Shown here: one piece after another, positions 1 through 13,456 of the stretch
Layout of the letters: every line of letters begins with the position of its first letter
Position numbering within the stretch: the first letter of the stretch is position 1
Assembly: GCF_003704095.1 (NCBI RefSeq)
Contig: NW_020846447.1
Span: forward strand, 248,001 to 303,599
Reading direction: 5' to 3'
Source of the DNA: Pocillopora damicornis
Taxonomy: Eukaryota
DNA: 55,599 bases
The notes under the pieces: generated by a model
The model's input: only the letters and a program-made list of their open reading frames with translations
The model's database searches: none
What the model was told of the DNA's origin: nothing
Position numbers and translations under genes: made by a program

Positions 1-2462
1 AGGACTCAGATCAGAAGAAAAATATTTGACCTGAAAAAGGTGAATTTAGTAATAACTTTAAATTTACCATATTAAGTGACTGTTTGATTTGAGACTACAT
101 TGGTTTTGCTTTATGTTACTTTGTGTTTGATCTAGAAATAGTTCCTCACAAAGCCAAGAACATGTACATGTTTCTCTCTTTGGCTTCTCAGTATGTCTCT
201 TATATATTTTTGTTACTACTTTCCACTAGTTTTGGTTCACAATACTCAATCAGTAAAATTGCCTTTTATGCATGTAATGTTAAGTGGTAAAGGCACGAGG
301 AAGGTCATCATGAGAAGATTTGTAAAGGCATAATATCTCTATTATTTTCTAGGAAAGACAAAGACTGGTCAAACTTGTTAATATTGCCAAGCCAGCTAAT
401 CTTCCACCAGTTACAGAGTAAGAGGAATTTTCAATGGCAAATGTGAAATCTTATTTTAAACAATTTGCGAGAATATTCCACCCTCACATCTGTGTTTTTA
501 CCATGAGCTGTGACAAAGTAACTTAATTTTAAAATAGGGTATGCAGTTAGACCTAAATTGCTGCATTTCTAAATTTGGTCCACCTAGTATTGTTTGGGTG
601 TTTTTTTGTTTTGTTTTGAGGTTAATAATTAAAAATTGCCAAAAAAATGTCAATTACTCCAAGGCAAGTTGCTACAAGCTGATACTTGTATTAACACCTT
701 CATTAGCTATTTCTGACAATTGTTTTGCTTTTCAGGCAAGCACCTGATACTTATCTCAAAAAGTTGAGCACTGAATCTGAAAGTAAAGCTACTGACTCTT
801 CATCAAATAAGACAGCAGATATAAACACAGATTCTAGACACATATTCCCAGCTACACTAGAGAAAGAAAAAGAAACCAAAAGGTCAGCTGATAAGGAACA
901 TTTACATGAAAAGGTACTCAGGGACAACAGTCAATCAGATCTTACAGAACAGAAAGAATTTGCTGTTCCTGTTTTGCCTGCTTTGGGTGGAAGGAAAAAA
1001 AATCAACAAAAGAAGGATGTTGTAGTGCCATCAGACAGTGACAAGACTGTAGACATAGAAGAAACAGAAAAGTTTGGGCAAGAAGAAGATGGGGAGAGTG
1101 AACTAGGAAGGAAAAGAGTCAATTCAGATGTAGCGATGGACATGCAGGAAGATGATAAGAACAGAACAGAAGAAAATGTAAGCTGTGAATATTTCCCCTA
1201 AAATATGTATTGTATGTACATTAATTGTCAATGTCAAGTGGGAAGTATGATGGTATAAAATTATGTGATGATAATTAGGAAAATGCTACTTAAGAGAAAG
1301 TAAAATGGTCTACAAATCTCTTCTATTCAAAATGGGTAACTGAAATCTTAAGTTGTAGCAGTTACTTTGACCACCTCATTTTTCTTTGCTTTTTCCCCTA
1401 GAATGAAGATATTCCAAAAAAGAGAAGAAAGATGAAGAAACGGTCATATGGTGTGCCCACACAGTGGCAGGCTGATAGTGACCCTTCATTTACTGCATGG
1501 ATGCCTCCTGAAGGTTTGTCCACTTGTTGACTGTTGAAAGTGACTGGTTATACAGTTCTTATAACTTAGGGAAGTGTTCCTCCAAAGGACAAGAAAATGT
1601 TTGTGAGGTGCAAACTAAGGAAGTTGAAAGGTGGTATGGTCTAAATGATCAAATAAAAAAAAAACACCAAGGTACATAAACCACCTTTCATGCCATCTGT
1701 TCAGTGATGTTCTCTGATTAAGGGAGACCTACTTAGACATGGCCACAAGTCAAGCTGATGAAGTTGCTTTAATAAAGGGCTAATGCCTGAAACTTGACTA
1801 CAGGGGTGGTAAATTTACAATATCAACTCAGTTGATAAATCCAAATTATCCTGTGCCACCTGCACTGACACAGCATCACAGTCTCTTTAGAAGCTTACCA
1901 CATTTATACAAAGGCTGAGTTTTTGATTAGAATAGTTTCCGCAAGGCTCAAAAACTATGTTGAGATCAAAATAGAAGCCTACCCAACAACTGGAATGGCT
2001 GAGGAAAATGTATCTTATCAATGAATGGGAATTTCCTGGTAACAAAATAAAAATTAATTGGTGTTTGTCATGGTCAGAAGTTGTCTTAGTTGACTGGGGT
2101 GGCACTGGAGGATTATTTGGACAAGATTGGTGATTTAACCCTTAAATTCTTAAGAGTTGCCAAAACAGAATCTCCCTTTACATTATAGATACAAAATCAA
2201 GAAGACAAGTGACTGGAATGAAGAAAAATATCATTAAGGGGATTATTAGTGATCCAATACCAAATACTCCAAACTATCATCATCAGAATTGTATGGCAGA
2301 CAGTAAGGAGAATTGTTAATGAGATCTTGGGAGTGAAAGGGTAAAGATCAACACCTATAATAGGAAATAATAAGTGATCAGGCTATTAATGATCTTTTTG
2401 TTTGGTTCTCAGGTCAGACAGGGGATGGAAAAACACATTTAAATGAAAAGTTTGGCTACTGA
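1..2462 (+). CDS. SLC4A1AP: Kanadaptin (SLC4A1 adaptor protein), 3' part only
   Basis: Exons <1-39, 353-417, 736-1177, 1402-1513, 2413-2462 (TGA) join in phase at GT-AG sites. The C-terminus ...DPSFTAWMPPEGQTGDGKTHLNEKFGY* matches the characteristic kanadaptin tail (W-x-PPEGQ-x-GDG-x-THLN-x-K-x-GY). ERQRLVKLVNIAKPA also matches. Confidence 0.9.
2135..2345. mobile_element. TTAA-flanked piggyBac-like MITE (about 210 bp), subfamily 1
   Basis: Begins TTAACCCTTAA and ends GTGAAAGGGTAA; reverse-complement homolog of 14861-15072. Confidence 0.65.
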
Positions 2463-3681
2463 CGAGTCTTTAAATGAATAGAGAGCAGTTTCATAACAAA
2501 ATGTGTCTCAGTTGATTTATTTTCAATGTGTAGTAGTTTTGACATCAAGCAGTAGACTGAAACCCAGGTTGCTCATAAAGAATTTGAGGACCTTGGTTTT
2601 CATCAGTGTCCATTTTCTTGTAATTCTAACCTAACCCCAACCCTACCCCCCCCCCAGTCAATTTTACAGAGCGTTTATAGGAAATTTGACTTCTGCTGAC
2701 CCTCCTTCAGCCAGGTTATATCTCTGACAAAATGGTGGAAGACAGGGAATTAACAGCCATAAACAACCTGGTTATGGTGTGTGCACACATCTTCAAATTA
2801 GGTGTCATGTCTCATGTCATGAGAAAAAGTTGTCCTGCCTGCCAGGGCTAGCCTGCCTGCCAAAGTGAGACAACTCACCCCCCTCTCTCCCCTCCTCTAG
2901 TTGACCCACTGACCTGAGATAAGTTGACAACCTCATGTGAGTGGTGGACTGAATTTTGTAAAGAAATAAGTGAAAGGTTAGCTTGCCTAGCATAACTCAG
3001 TGGGGGGGGGGTTGTTACAGTTACCCAAGATCATATAAATGGGGCCTTAAAAGGACCATAACATTCTTTGCACATGACACAATGGATGATTGATTTTGCA
3101 ATCCAATAGGACAAGAAATCTTCAGCAAGATATCTTTACTAGCTCAGTGTTTAACAGACTGTACAAATGGCATGTAGCATGATGCATTAAGGGTGCAACT
3201 AAGACTTGTGTACAAAGCTCATAAGAGGCTGTGGCCTGTTACAATTGTACCAGTGATATGAGATGTTTCTGTAATATTGGCTCCAATTAAGCACACTGCT
3301 GTATTATCTTACAGAAATAAATTTTTAAGTGGCCAATTAATATTATCAACTCACTCAATAAAACCAAAGTATTTTCACTCATAATATTGTCCACTAGAAC
3401 AGCATCATAGTTTCTTCAGTAAGCTTACCACCTTAATTCATACAGCTAAGTTCAGTTTTGACATTAAGTGTTCAGGACCAAAGCAAACAAAGATGACATC
3501 GAACCTGGATATAATTTATTTCTTTTTTTTCCTGTTATCAAAATCAGTTTTGTGCAAGTCGCCCTGAACTTAGTTCAACTGTCTGAGAACTATTACGTCA
3601 TCCATGGTTATGGTGGATGTTCAAGATTGTTCGAAGCAATGTTAGGCCAGCGCCGAATCGTACTGTACAAGTTTCTCAAGC

Positions 3682-4149
3682 TTAAGTGTCCTTTTTATCC
3701 TCTTCGGCTTTGTCCAGTAACAAAGATCTTATTCCAACTTTCTGCAGTTCCTCGATCAATTCACCTTGTTGATGCAACTGTAACACAATATCGCATCCAC
3801 CGATAAATTCTCCTCCAATGTAGACTTGAGGAACTGTCGGCCAGCTCGAATATTCTTTCACTCCCTGCCTCAGTTCCTCGTCTTCTAGTACGTTATAAGC
3901 TCCATAACCTTCGACACCATGCATCCGAAGAATCTGAACAACAGCATTACTAAAACCACACATTGGTTGCTCAGGAACTCCTTTCATAAAAACCACCACT
4001 TTGTCCTTCTTTACGACTTCATCGAATTTTTCTGTTGTCCATGTGGCTGCTTGGTCACTGAGGAAGCGTAACTTAGCTGTAATACGGCCTGTAGGAGGAC
4101 CGAAGGAAAGAGATCTGTTTAAAATCCGTCGTACAACCAAGGTGGCCAT
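3682..4149 (-). CDS. GLRX5: Monothiol glutaredoxin 5, mitochondrial (155 aa, intronless CDS)
   Basis: ATG at 4149 in aagATGGCC context (the ORF-track start at 4224 is a TTG). Arg/Ser-rich presequence, VVVFMKG[10 protein letters not shown] active site, WPTVPQVY and GGCD motifs. Confidence 0.96.
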   Translation of the reverse strand: MATLVVRRILNRSLSFGPPTGRITAKLRFLSDQAATWTTEKFDEVVKKDKVVVFMKGVPEQPMCGFSNAVVQILRMHGVEGYGAYNVLEDEELRQGVKEYSSWPTVPQVYIGGEFIGGCDIVLQLHQQGELIEELQKVGIRSLLLDKAEEDKKDT

Positions 4150-5407
4150 CTTAAAAGTCACCAGTCTTCGCAAGTCACCCTCATTCGAACTAATACCCAG
4201 ACTTCCCGGCTCTTGCTCTAACAAGTCATCTTGAGGGTCGTTTTGCTATAAAATGGAGATACGACCTAATAGGGATGTGATACAATTTATACTTAACTGG
4301 ACGTTGCTCGGAAAAAACCTTAATCGAAAAGGGAAACTTGACGAGGTGACAATAAATTCACCTTTAATCTCGTGCGTGACTGGATTTGACTGGCGTTACT
4401 ATTACAAAAGGTTCGCTCATCTTTCCGGGTTGGCACTTTAGTGAACCTTTCGAGGTTTCAGGGAAATCTTGAGTTTTCACGAAATGAAACAAAAAACTTT
4501 CGGGTCGCGTATATTTAAGGAGGAAAATCAAGCTTCACACTGGTTCTTAAATTCACGGATCACGCTCGCCTTTAACACCTTTTAATACCCTTAACATGTA
4601 GATATGTAGACATGTCTATAACTATGTGCGCACCGAAGCGGACGGCAGCCGGAAGTTGAGAGTTTATGCATGCACTACAGATTTTTGTCTAAATCTTTTA
4701 ACTTTATTAAAAATATCCAAATGAGGGCTTTCTTGCGAAATCGAGCCTGGAGAAGTTGCATAACACATTCCCCCATCCATCCCTACTATGAATGCGAGAC
4801 TGAGTTCACCACTGTCATACGATCAGGCGACAAATAATTAATTCAAATCAATTGATGCACATGGATTCGCAATCTGTAGGTCAGTTTTTTGCACTTGTAG
4901 CTTGAAAAATTTTGTATTTTCACTAGTTTTCACGCAGTAACTTGTATAGTGGATGTTTAATCAAGGAACTTACCGAGATCTTGCGCGATTAATTTTCTCA
5001 GTTATTCGCTAACTTGACTTATCACTCACTTTGACAGTAGCTGATATTTTGGATCTTACGCAACAACCTCCGATTGATTGGCTACCCAGATGGGGTGACG
5101 CTTTTGTCACAAAAGCGATGACGAATCGACAGTCCTATCAAGAAGAATTAAAGGACAAAGATCTGCGCGATTGCTGTACATTTTGTACCATTGACATCTT
5201 AAAGATCTTTGAAACTAAGCTGGAAGACAAGATTTACCTATAAGGTTAGCGCTTTTAGTTGTGACAGCTTCAAACTTACGCAATTTCGTCGCCACACCCC
5301 CCGTTGCGTCTTAACAATCTTACAGCTGTCTCGTTGCATCTTAATCAACCGCTGAAGGGTATCGAGGCGCTGCCGTAAAACACTGGGCTTTTACCGGTGA
5401 CATCAAA

Positions 5408-8021
5408 ATGGGGGGACATGTATCGAGGACTGACTTCGAATGGTCATACACAGCCGAACCACATGCTTCAAGAAGGAAGGAAATTTTAGGTAAGAAATGC
5501 AAGCATCGGGCTCGTTTTCTTTTTTTATCGTTAAAGGGAAGGACTCGAACGCTCTCAGATTTTGCGCTTGTTTGCTTTGGCAGACGATGAAAATTTATAT
5601 TTTCACGCGGAAAGAATTGCCAGCACAAGTTCACTCTGGTAACCATTTTCTAGTTGACTCTTTTATTGTTTTGATCTAATGGTTTTCTCCCGAAGGGAAT
5701 TCATCTGAAATAAAAATTCTCACCCTTCTTTGTGAATAAACTAGAGAGAAAGCCGGTTCCGTGCATCGGGATCTGTAGCCGCAGGCATCAGGACTCATGG
5801 CCACTCTTGATTTAGTATTGATTCGGTATGAAATACGAGTATTTAGTCATCGAATTTTCCACGACTGTATCAATTCTTCTCTCTGAAAATTTAGACTAGA
5901 GAACCCACATGGAAGAGCATTTCTTATTTCAATCGTTACACCTAAAGGACCATGTTATGCAATGAGATTAAACTAACCTCGTGTAAAAAGTACTGTGAAT
6001 TTTCACTGAAAAACTTAAATTTGTGAATTATTTCGAACATACAGTATCCAATCTGAACTAAATGAACCTTGTTCAATCTCAAGATCGAACTTATTATTTT
6101 GGATTGCTTCGTTTCTTATGGCCTTAGTCTGATATTCCAAGCTGTAGTAGTACAAAATGAATTATTTATTCAGTGTCAAGCTGAGTTGTCTGATGTACAA
6201 AGGGCGAAATGATATCATCCGTCGGGCCTGATCATTTTCCGTTTTGCTTGGAAAAAGTTTGAACAGCTATCAAGATTCGATTGAACAAAAGTAACATTTA
6301 TATCCACATGTACTCTCCTGAATGACGAGGCAGGATACAGTGAAAACAGTTCATCAAATAAGTTATATAACAATCAAAACAGAAATTTACACAGATACGC
6401 TAAATGTATGCAAACAAAAGCAAAACCACTCCTTCTCTTTCTCAGTCACTTCTTGTGACAACAATAACAAAGAATAACGAATCTTTTCATGCTCACAAGA
6501 GGAGATATTAATATGAAGTAATAAGAGAATTATTTAGCATTTACAGGCAAATCTTTAACAAGCGAAGTAAAATCTTTACTGGAAACCCAAGGGCTAGAGG
6601 AAGCGAAAGGTTTCCCAACCACTTCTTACCTATTCAAAGTTTTTTATTTTAAAGCAGAAGAGTGAAAGAAACCAGACTAATGTAGGAAATGTGATATTAT
6701 TAGGTAATACAGGCACTAGACTTTTTATTCAAGGAATCATGTTCTGACTACAAATAATTTCTTTTTTTTTTTTTTTGGCGATAGAGTTTGTATTTAGGTC
6801 TTTCGACTGATGAGGAATGTCTTACCAGAGATCTATTACATGATCTATGAGACCATGAGAAAAAATTGCTTGTATTTTCCCACTACCTCCAGTTTTACAG
6901 AGTTCTTAATAATGACTAGAGTTACCATTTCATTTCTCTGTTGATGTCACCTATTTCTACGATCAATGTATATTTTTTCATCAACCTTCAAGTTGCAAGT
7001 GTTTTATCTTTTCTCTGTGACAGATTCTGAAGTTACCATTTTATTTTCTCTTGATATCAACTTTTGTTTGTGATCAGCACAATAAGTTTTTGTTCACTAG
7101 TAAAATATTTTCTGTTTTCTCTTTTCAGCTAAGTACCCCCAAATCAAGAAGTTGATGGGCTATGATCCAAACTTCAAGTACCAAGTATTGCTGTTAATTG
7201 TGATCCAGTTCACATTAACATATGTGCTGAAAGATTTCTCCTGGCCTGTCATCTTTTTGGCTGCATATTTTGTTGGTGGCGTCATCAACCATGCATTACT
7301 CCTAGCCATACACGAGATCTCCCACAACTTGGCATTTGGCCATGCACGACCAATCCACAACCGAATCTTCTCACTGATAGTAAACTTTCCTATTGGAGTA
7401 CCATGTGCCATCTCCTTCAAGAAGTATCATTTGGAGCACCACAGATACCAAGGTGATGAAGAGCTGGATGTGGACCTGCCCACAGAATTTGAAGCCCGTT
7501 TGTTTTTTAACACATTAACCAAATTTTTCTGGGTGGTATTTCAACCATTCTTCTACTCATTCCGCCCAATGTTTGTTAACCCAAAGAATCCTTTGGCTTT
7601 GGAAATCTTCAACATTATTCTCCAGTTTGGTGTTGATGCAGTGATAGTGCATTACTGGGGAGGAAAGGCACTTTTGTACATGATTGCAAGTTCATTGTTA
7701 GGTATGGGGCTTCACCCAGTGGCTGGGCATTTTATCTCAGAGCACTACATGTTTGCCAAGGGTTTTGAAACCTTCTCATACTATGGCCCTTTGAATATGG
7801 TCACCTTCAACGTTGGTTACCACAATGAGCATCACGATTTTCCAAGTATTCCTGGTTCCAGACTACCCTTGGTGAAAGAGATTGCACCAGAGTACTATGA
7901 CAACTTGCCACAACATCACTCCTGGACAAAAGTACTTTTTGATTTCATCACTGATCCAGCAATTGGACCATATGCTAGGATGAAACGAAAGGCTATGAAG
8001 CCAAAAAATAACAAGGAATAA
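5408..8021 (+). CDS. DEGS1: Sphingolipid delta(4)-desaturase / C4-hydroxylase family (324 aa)
   Basis: Exon 1 5408-5489 (MGGHVSRTDFEWSYTAEPHASRRKEIL, myristoylatable Gly2) and exon 2 7129-8021, joined in phase 1. Histidine boxes HEISH, HLEHH and HNEHH. Probably co-orthologous to vertebrate DEGS1 and DEGS2. Confidence 0.95.
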
Positions 8022-8294
8022 TAGAAAGACTTGAACCAACCGAGTGAGGAGAAAAACTTGTTCTATCAGCAGTATCTTGTGAGATGTAATATTGTAGTTT
8101 GATGTCAACAGACAGTAGTACTTTGATAGTATACTGTTAGTTAGGGGTAATTATGGGTTATCATGAGTGGTATTTAAAAGGCTGAATGTTTCTGTTGAAG
8201 TGATGAATATTGATCCCAAATAATAAAAAGTAAAATAGTAAAAGTTTCCTTGAGGCAAAGTTGCGGGACATTTTAAGGGAAATTTGCTGATTTT

Positions 8295-8540
8295 GAGGAC
8301 TCAGAATTTTTCTTTATCCCATGCTTGTGACAAGACAAAAAACATCTTTTTCTATTTCTTTATTGAGCATCTCTCATTCTATTTACAAACATGATGCTAT
8401 TGCTGATCCTAGCAGTATGCAGGATGCGTGTCATATGAACTTTGTAGACCTCGTTCACCACAAAGTCTCTCTGGCTCAGAAGTAGAGCATCAGAGTAGTT
8501 TTTCTGTTTTCGCACTCATAACAAAACAAAAACATCTTTC
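8295..8540. repeat. SINE-like dispersed repeat
   Basis: GACTCAGAATTTTTC...CTTGTGACAAGAC.AAAAACATCTTT and TGGCTCAG..GTAGAGC (A-box-like); a related segment lies at about 27225-27380. Confidence 0.45.
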
Positions 8541-11247
8541 TGTAATCTTAGATTGTTTGTTAGCAAACCAAGATTTTTTTCCAGGTTTTTAAATTTACTT
8601 TGAGAATTTTTTTACCTCTAATGAACCAAGTTTCATGAAAAAATACACAAATTAACTAATTTTAAGCCTTTTTACAGAAGTATTTTCTTATTCATTATTT
8701 TCAAAACTTCATGGAATTTATGATGTCAAAATAATATAATGTAAAGTTTAAGTCCTGAAGGTTTTTGTTTAGGGATGTTTGAGGTTATAGTTATGATATT
8801 TCTTCTATTCCAGAGAGAATTGGTTAACAATATCGAGAAAGAAACTTTCAATCAGGATCAAAATGCTAGAAGCAGGACTGATTAACTCTCCCTTTCAACT
8901 GTGGCATACTTCCTGGTAAATTATTTAAGTGAATGTACATGTAGTGTTATGTCAGAAAATACGCCTTGCTTCAAGGATTGACTTTCACAGTCCCTGCTTT
9001 TGTTGGTTAATGTAATTATACTGAAATTCTTCATGACATGCACCTAAATCCTATTCTCAGCCTTGCAGGAGTAAATGAAACTAATAGCAGATGATCATGG
9101 TGAATTTTTGCATATATGTTATTACCTGTACTTCAAGATCAAATTCCTAAAAGAAGAAGATAAGTTAATTAAAGTATAACAAAACTAAGAAGCATTATTT
9201 AACGAACACTCAAATTAAATTAAATCATTGCAAAATTGTTTTACAACTTTCGATTTGAAATAAACTGAATCATTTTGGGAAATTGAAACCAATAAATAAT
9301 TAAACATTTGTGTGCGTTTTCATTAAAAAGAAATTTCATCGAACCTGCAGATGAAAATCATGGGAAGCAATGATCATGGCAGGATCTTTGATTTGCTTGA
9401 TTTTCATGATCTCCTGTTCATCTCTTGGTGGTATTTTTTAAACCAAATGATATCTTTTGAAAATTTTTGTACTTATGCTTATTTGAAATTTATGTCTGTT
9501 ATCTTTCTTAAACCAATTGTTTGGTTAGTGTTGTAAGTGACAATGTGGCAGAGATAACAACACTACAAGAATTCACTAAAACTCAAAGATTTATTCTCAA
9601 AAAGCAAAAGATAAAGTACTTGCAAACAAAGATGATGGCAGACTTAAATGAAGTTGTTGACTGATACAGACAGACTTGCTGGTAGGGGTTAGAACCTTGA
9701 TGTAGATTGAAACTTAAATGTTGGAAAAGCTAAACTACCAATTGTAACATAAATAAAAAGAAGCAACAATTGAAGGCTAATTGCACTCACAATTGTTACA
9801 AAACTCCCCTGTGTACTGGAAAGTGTGGACACCTGCAAAGAACTGTATTATATACTAAACTGCATTGTTTGCATAGAAGGGTTGATGAAAAATTTCTGTC
9901 CTCGAAAAAAAATTAAACAGAAAAGGAGTAGGTAAAAAATGACAATAGACTTAACACCTGTAAAACAAAGAAATTGATCAAAACAAAGTAAACTGAGATG
10001 GTAATGTTAGGTAATGATCAATAATGATTAAACTGTGAACTTAGATCTGAAATATGTGCAAATAAAGTGAGAGTGTGAAGCAATTTGTATTACCTGTTTT
10101 TATTTCTGGCACTTTGAAAGATCTTTGGCACAAGCTATAAAAGAGATAAAGTGGATTAAGTGCAGGCCCTGACTGGGTCAATGTGCTGTGATAATGGGCA
10201 AGACACCACCTAATAGTGAAATCAGTTTGTGGTAAACTGTCAAGAAAAGCAGGTTATATCCTGTGGGTGAAGGAGGGGGGCAAACAGTAGTAAACTAGCA
10301 TTCTGTTCAGGGAAGTAGAAGAACTTGTCCTTTCATGTTAACGACATCAGCATATTGATATGTTTCTGAAGTGTTAGTTTTACTGGAAAGACTGACCCTT
10401 TACAGTGTTGGGCACACAGTCCAGATCTGGTTTCCAGTCATCAGTTTGAGTGGGTATAATTTCAGTATTAGTTGCAATATATGGAAGAAAATGGGGGAGA
10501 TTTTGGACTACATAGCTTGAATTAAAAAAAGTTTGATTATTGTGAAATAAATAACATAATGAATGCAAAAATTAGTGATTCTCCCATTTTGATGTTAAAC
10601 ATTTTCCAGTTGATTGGTGGGGGGGAATTTGATGTATCAGTCAAGAGAAGACTTCCCAGCTGATAAGTTTGCCTTTTTTCAAAATCTGTTTTTTGATATT
10701 GCTAGGAGAACATTTAGTTAAATGACAAGCTTTGCACTGAAAAAAAAAATGCATATTAGCTTGCTACACATTCAATCAGCTAATTTGCATAAGTGATTCA
10801 AGCTGAGGTTTGGCACCTCTTGGTGGCATGAATTGTTCACTGAATACTCCAGGACAACTGATAATGGCCACAATTAAGTTAATACAGCTCCCCTTGACTG
10901 AAATGAAAAAAAGCATGACTTACAATAATATTTCAAATCATTTTCCAGATACAACACTGCTTTCTTTGTACTTTGTCCAAAAACAAGAGTCCAGGGAAAA
11001 GAAACTTGATGGGTCTAATTCAAAATGACATAGGGGCAGTACACTAAGCTTATTTTCTTTGTAGAAATGATGCATGTCTTAAAGAAGACAACAATAATTC
11101 ATTAACACAAGGTCCACAAATAGTCCTCAACAAATGTCACAGCAAAATATAACAGGAACTTTAAAGTATGTGAAAAGAAGAAACTACAAAATGGCCCAAA
11201 AAGCTATTGGTAAAGCTGATTTCACCCCCATGATCAAAGACCAATTG

Positions 11248-11441
11248 AAAATAACCCTCAGGTTTACACCCCCCAAGAGGGTATAGAAGAGATTTAAAAT
11301 AACACTCAGATATACACAACCCATGAGGATATAGGAGATATTAAAAACAGCCTTTAGGTCCACACTACTCAAAGAGGGTTTAGAAGAGTTAAAAAAATAA
11401 CCCTCAGGTATACACTACCCATGAGAGTATAGAACAGATTA
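11248..11441. repeat. Minisatellite, 4 x about 48 bp, diverged
   Basis: Unit AAAATAACCCTCAGGT.TACAC..CCCA.GAG.GTATAGAA.AGATT. Confidence 0.8.
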
Positions 11442-12378
11442 ACTTATCATCAACAGATTTAAGTAAATGTGTAAACACCAACTGACTGCAAGTGTTAATG
11501 TAATTCTCTAAATTGATGACAGAAATGACAATGCCTCTGGAGAGAGCATGCTACAAATGTTTTTCAAGGCAGAAGCTCTTCATAGGTAACTATGCAGATA
11601 CTTGGTTTGGGACTACAGAAATTCAGCTTAGCAAGGTAAACTAATACAAGTATCGTGAGAAATATACTTTATTTCAATAAACGATGTACAAGTTAGACAT
11701 GTTAAAGCCTTGGTTTTAGAAGTTGACCCTCATTTCAAGAATCACTAAGTGTTTTTCAGATCTGGGAATGAAATGAGGTCTCAGCAAATCCATTAAAAGA
11801 GGAGAAGTTTCTTAAACAATTAATTTCTTTATTTTTGCTAAGTTTTTCCTCATCTCAGTCACGAAGTTAAATTTGACTTAAATTCTCACTTTTTATCTTT
11901 AAAATAACCTTTAACAATAACAATTACATTTAGGATCAGTTATTTTTTTAATATGGTTGCTAGCAGATTATCTGCCATAAAATGTAGCTAATAATATTTA
12001 TTCCATTACACACTGATCTCAAATAAATGTTGTCTTTGTGATTATTGAATGTTGCAGACTGAGGAAAAATTACCAAGAAATGACCCCCTTACATAATGCT
12101 ATAACCAGCCAGAAGATTTTGGGGGCTATGAGATACAAAATATTGAGGATGGCAAAAAATTGGTAACCTTAATCATTCTTTGAAATCTGTACAATTATTG
12201 TGAGACATTGCAAATCAAGAAACGCTTCAGTTTTAAATAATGTTTACATGTACCTTGTAATGATTTTACATAATTGTTAACATTACGAGTTAATAGAGGA
12301 ATCCCTCCTCACAAATGCTTAATATCAAATGTACACTGTGGTGTTTACTTGATAAGTATATACCGTTTATTAGTTTTG

Positions 12379-13370
12379 TTAAAGTTTAAAGGAAAATGAT
12401 GCACCACAGGAACACCCTGTTTCTGAATTAGGGTTCAGTAAAATTCTGAAAGCAGAGCGTATAAGTTCTTCATGGTAGTCCACTGTGGAACCTTTCAGGT
12501 ACTCCAATGAAATTTCATCAATGACAACCTTTGCACCATCTCTTTCAAATATTCTAGAAGAAAAGCACATTAGAAAATGAACTTTTTAACTCCCAAGATA
12601 TGAATGTTACTTCTCCAACCTAGCTACCACATACTCCCTTCGAATTCCTTGTAAATTAGTGCAGTCTGTTCATTGAGAGTGACTTATTAGGCAAGGGAAA
12701 TTAATACACGAAAAAAACTGCACTGTGCGTAAATTTAGTCGAATTTGTGTGATGTTTTTTTACGGGGAGAAAACCCCTTTCAAGGGACAAAGATGTTCGC
12801 AAAAACTATCCTGGTCCTGGGAAGCAAATTGTTCGTGCAACTTGTTCTTGCAATGTGTTGTAGCTGCATGTCACCAAGTCTATCTGGTCTCTTAATCTTT
12901 CAGTGAAATGTATACTAATAGGAAAGAGAAAAAAACGTGGGTACACAAACCTATCATCTTCGCTGATATCAGAATCAACGTCAAAGGCGTATTTAAATCC
13001 TGAACAACCACCTCCCTCTACTGCTACACGAAGAAATCCGTCTTTGTCATCTGGGAATATCTTTTTCAGTTGCTGTTAATCAAAATTACAAAAGAACAAA
13101 ATCAAAAGATGAGTCACCCTTTCCTTTAATTAGGAACAATTGCAAGATGGAGGAAATGTTACACAATCCAACCTTTATACAGTTGTCACTCAGCTTCAAG
13201 TCTTGGGAAGCCGCTTTGTTTTCTTCCTCTACTGAAGAAAACTGCCGAACGAAAGGTAAATTTTGTTCTTTGAAATAAATGCAACGATGTATGAGTGGTA
13301 AAACTTGACTTCTACAAGCGGGTGATGAAATTTTTCGCCGTACAAAATGGCAGGCGGCCATCGCCGTCAT
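12379..13370 (-). CDS. ISCA2: Iron-sulfur cluster assembly 2 homolog, mitochondrial (164 aa)
   Basis: Exons 13370-13173, 13072-12951, 12553-12379. Motifs [28 protein letters not shown] and CSCGASF (three Cys ligands). The GGGCSGF and EELIRS pattern favours ISCA2 over ISCA1. Confidence 0.92.
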
Positions 13371-13456
13371 GTTTGTTGCTGTTCTTGGTAACCGCGCCTT
13401 GTAATTATTTCTTCATAACCTTGTGAGATTAACCAGCGGTTAGAAAAAAAAAGAAT
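13371..13456. promoter_or_regulatory. Bidirectional promoter / 5' UTR region shared by ISCA2 and PUS10
   Basis: Only 86 bp separate the two divergent ATGs (13370 on -, 13457 on +). Confidence 0.75.

Noticed and set aside
4150-4224. N-terminal extension of GLRX5 from the ORF track
   Set aside because: It starts at TTG. The ATG at 4149 has a good context and begins the targeting peptide. The same applies to the TTG starts at 45540, 54640 and 28492.
5031-5243. 70-aa ORF in the GLRX5/DEGS1 intergenic region
   Set aside because: No recognisable homology or exon boundaries.
7160-8108. Antisense ORFs over DEGS1 (likewise over GLRX5, the BTB genes and the GPCR)
   Set aside because: Shadow ORFs of real coding sequence.
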